A DNA stretch of 27,883 nucleotides from positions 1-27,883 of the forward strand of contig JBDRFG010000068.1 in the NCBI GenBank assembly GCA_043819135.1, read 5' to 3'. The notes under the pieces were generated by a model. The model worked only from the letters and a program-made list of their open reading frames with translations. It was not told the DNA's origin and ran no database searches. Position 1 is the stretch's first letter. Each line of letters starts with the position of its first letter. This stretch comes from Candidatus Eiseniibacteriota bacterium (GTDB lineage Bacteria; Joyebacterota; Joyebacteria; Joyebacterales; Joyebacteraceae). Shown piece by piece: positions 27,551 to 27,883 of this stretch. The position numbers were made by a program, and so were the translations under genes.

Positions 27551-27640
27551 CACGACGGCCCGACGGTTTCGCGCGCCGAGTTCGAGTCGAACCTGGCGGC
27601 GAAGCTCAAGAGCGCTGCTTTTCGCAAAGACGTCCGGCCC
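27551..27640 (+). pseudogene. Fragment resembling the C-terminus of an AbiEii/AbiGii nucleotidyltransferase toxin
   Basis: HDGPTVSRAEFESNLAAKLKSAAFRKDVRP recalls the SRAxFExNLxxKL...F..D tail of that family. Flanks look non-coding. Confidence 0.45.
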
Positions 27641-27745
27641 CCATCCACCACCCCCACAGGCACCAGGGTCGTCCCACGCCTCGCAAACGCCACCGCCACC
27701 ACCTCCGGCTCCCGCCCCGCACTCCTCTCTTGGACTTCGTAGCGG

Positions 27746-27759
27746 GCCCCCGCTACCAA
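27746..27759 (+). repeat. Second, shorter copy of the tRNA-fMet 3' end
   Basis: GCCCCCGCTACCAA, identical to 16987-17000. Confidence 0.6.
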
Positions 27760-27763
27760 ACCT

Positions 27764-27793
27764 GAAGCCGCCGGTAGCAATGCCGGTGGCTTC
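27764..27793 (+). terminator. Terminator-like hairpin directly after the tRNA-end copy
   Basis: GAAGCCGCCGGTA-GCAA-TGCCGGTGGCTTC. Confidence 0.6.
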
Positions 27794-27883
27794 GTCGTGT
27801 ACGTCCGCGTCCCGATCGGGCACGAGCGTTACCGGCGATGATCTGAATCTCTGTGGTGGTATGGGGTGTAGGGTAGTCTACAA

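Larger units (their letters stand above)
19856..27759. mobile_element. Putative older islet 2 stacked at the same tRNA
   Basis: Ends at a 14-bp copy of the tRNA end, GCCCCCGCTACCAA (27746-27759), with an AbiEii-like remnant just inside. Confidence 0.45.

Overview
A GC-rich bacterial chromosomal window. It opens inside a PEP/pyruvate-binding (PPDK_N-like) gene fused to a minimal nucleotidyltransferase domain. Next come a metallophosphoesterase, a YesL/DUF624-like membrane protein and a DUF2089 + SHOCT-like pair whose promoter is overlapped by clear operator palindromes. A minus-strand block follows: an ArsR-HTH fused to an apparently catalytically dead M29 aminopeptidase, a 5'-truncated FlgD-tailed secreted-protein remnant, two SAM methyltransferases and an FmdB zinc-ribbon protein that probably reads through UGA as selenocysteine. 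The core genes eno-ftsB, an ArnT-like glycosyltransferase and system II cytochrome c biogenesis genes (ccsA, resB) precede an initiator tRNA-Met. The tRNA 3' end is repeated at 19835-19855 and 27746-27759, which suggests two stacked, integrase-less islands. The first carries a membrane glycosyltransferase. The second carries a lipoprotein, a sulfur-handling cluster (SLC13 permease, MBL-rhodanese, two YeeE/YedE), DUF1622, an OmpA lipoprotein and an AbiEii-like remnant. The best leads are the HTH-pseudopeptidase regulator with a structured leader, the Sec/SECIS-type FmdB, the tRNA-anchored islands and the DUF2089 operator. Family calls come from motif recognition only; no database search was run.
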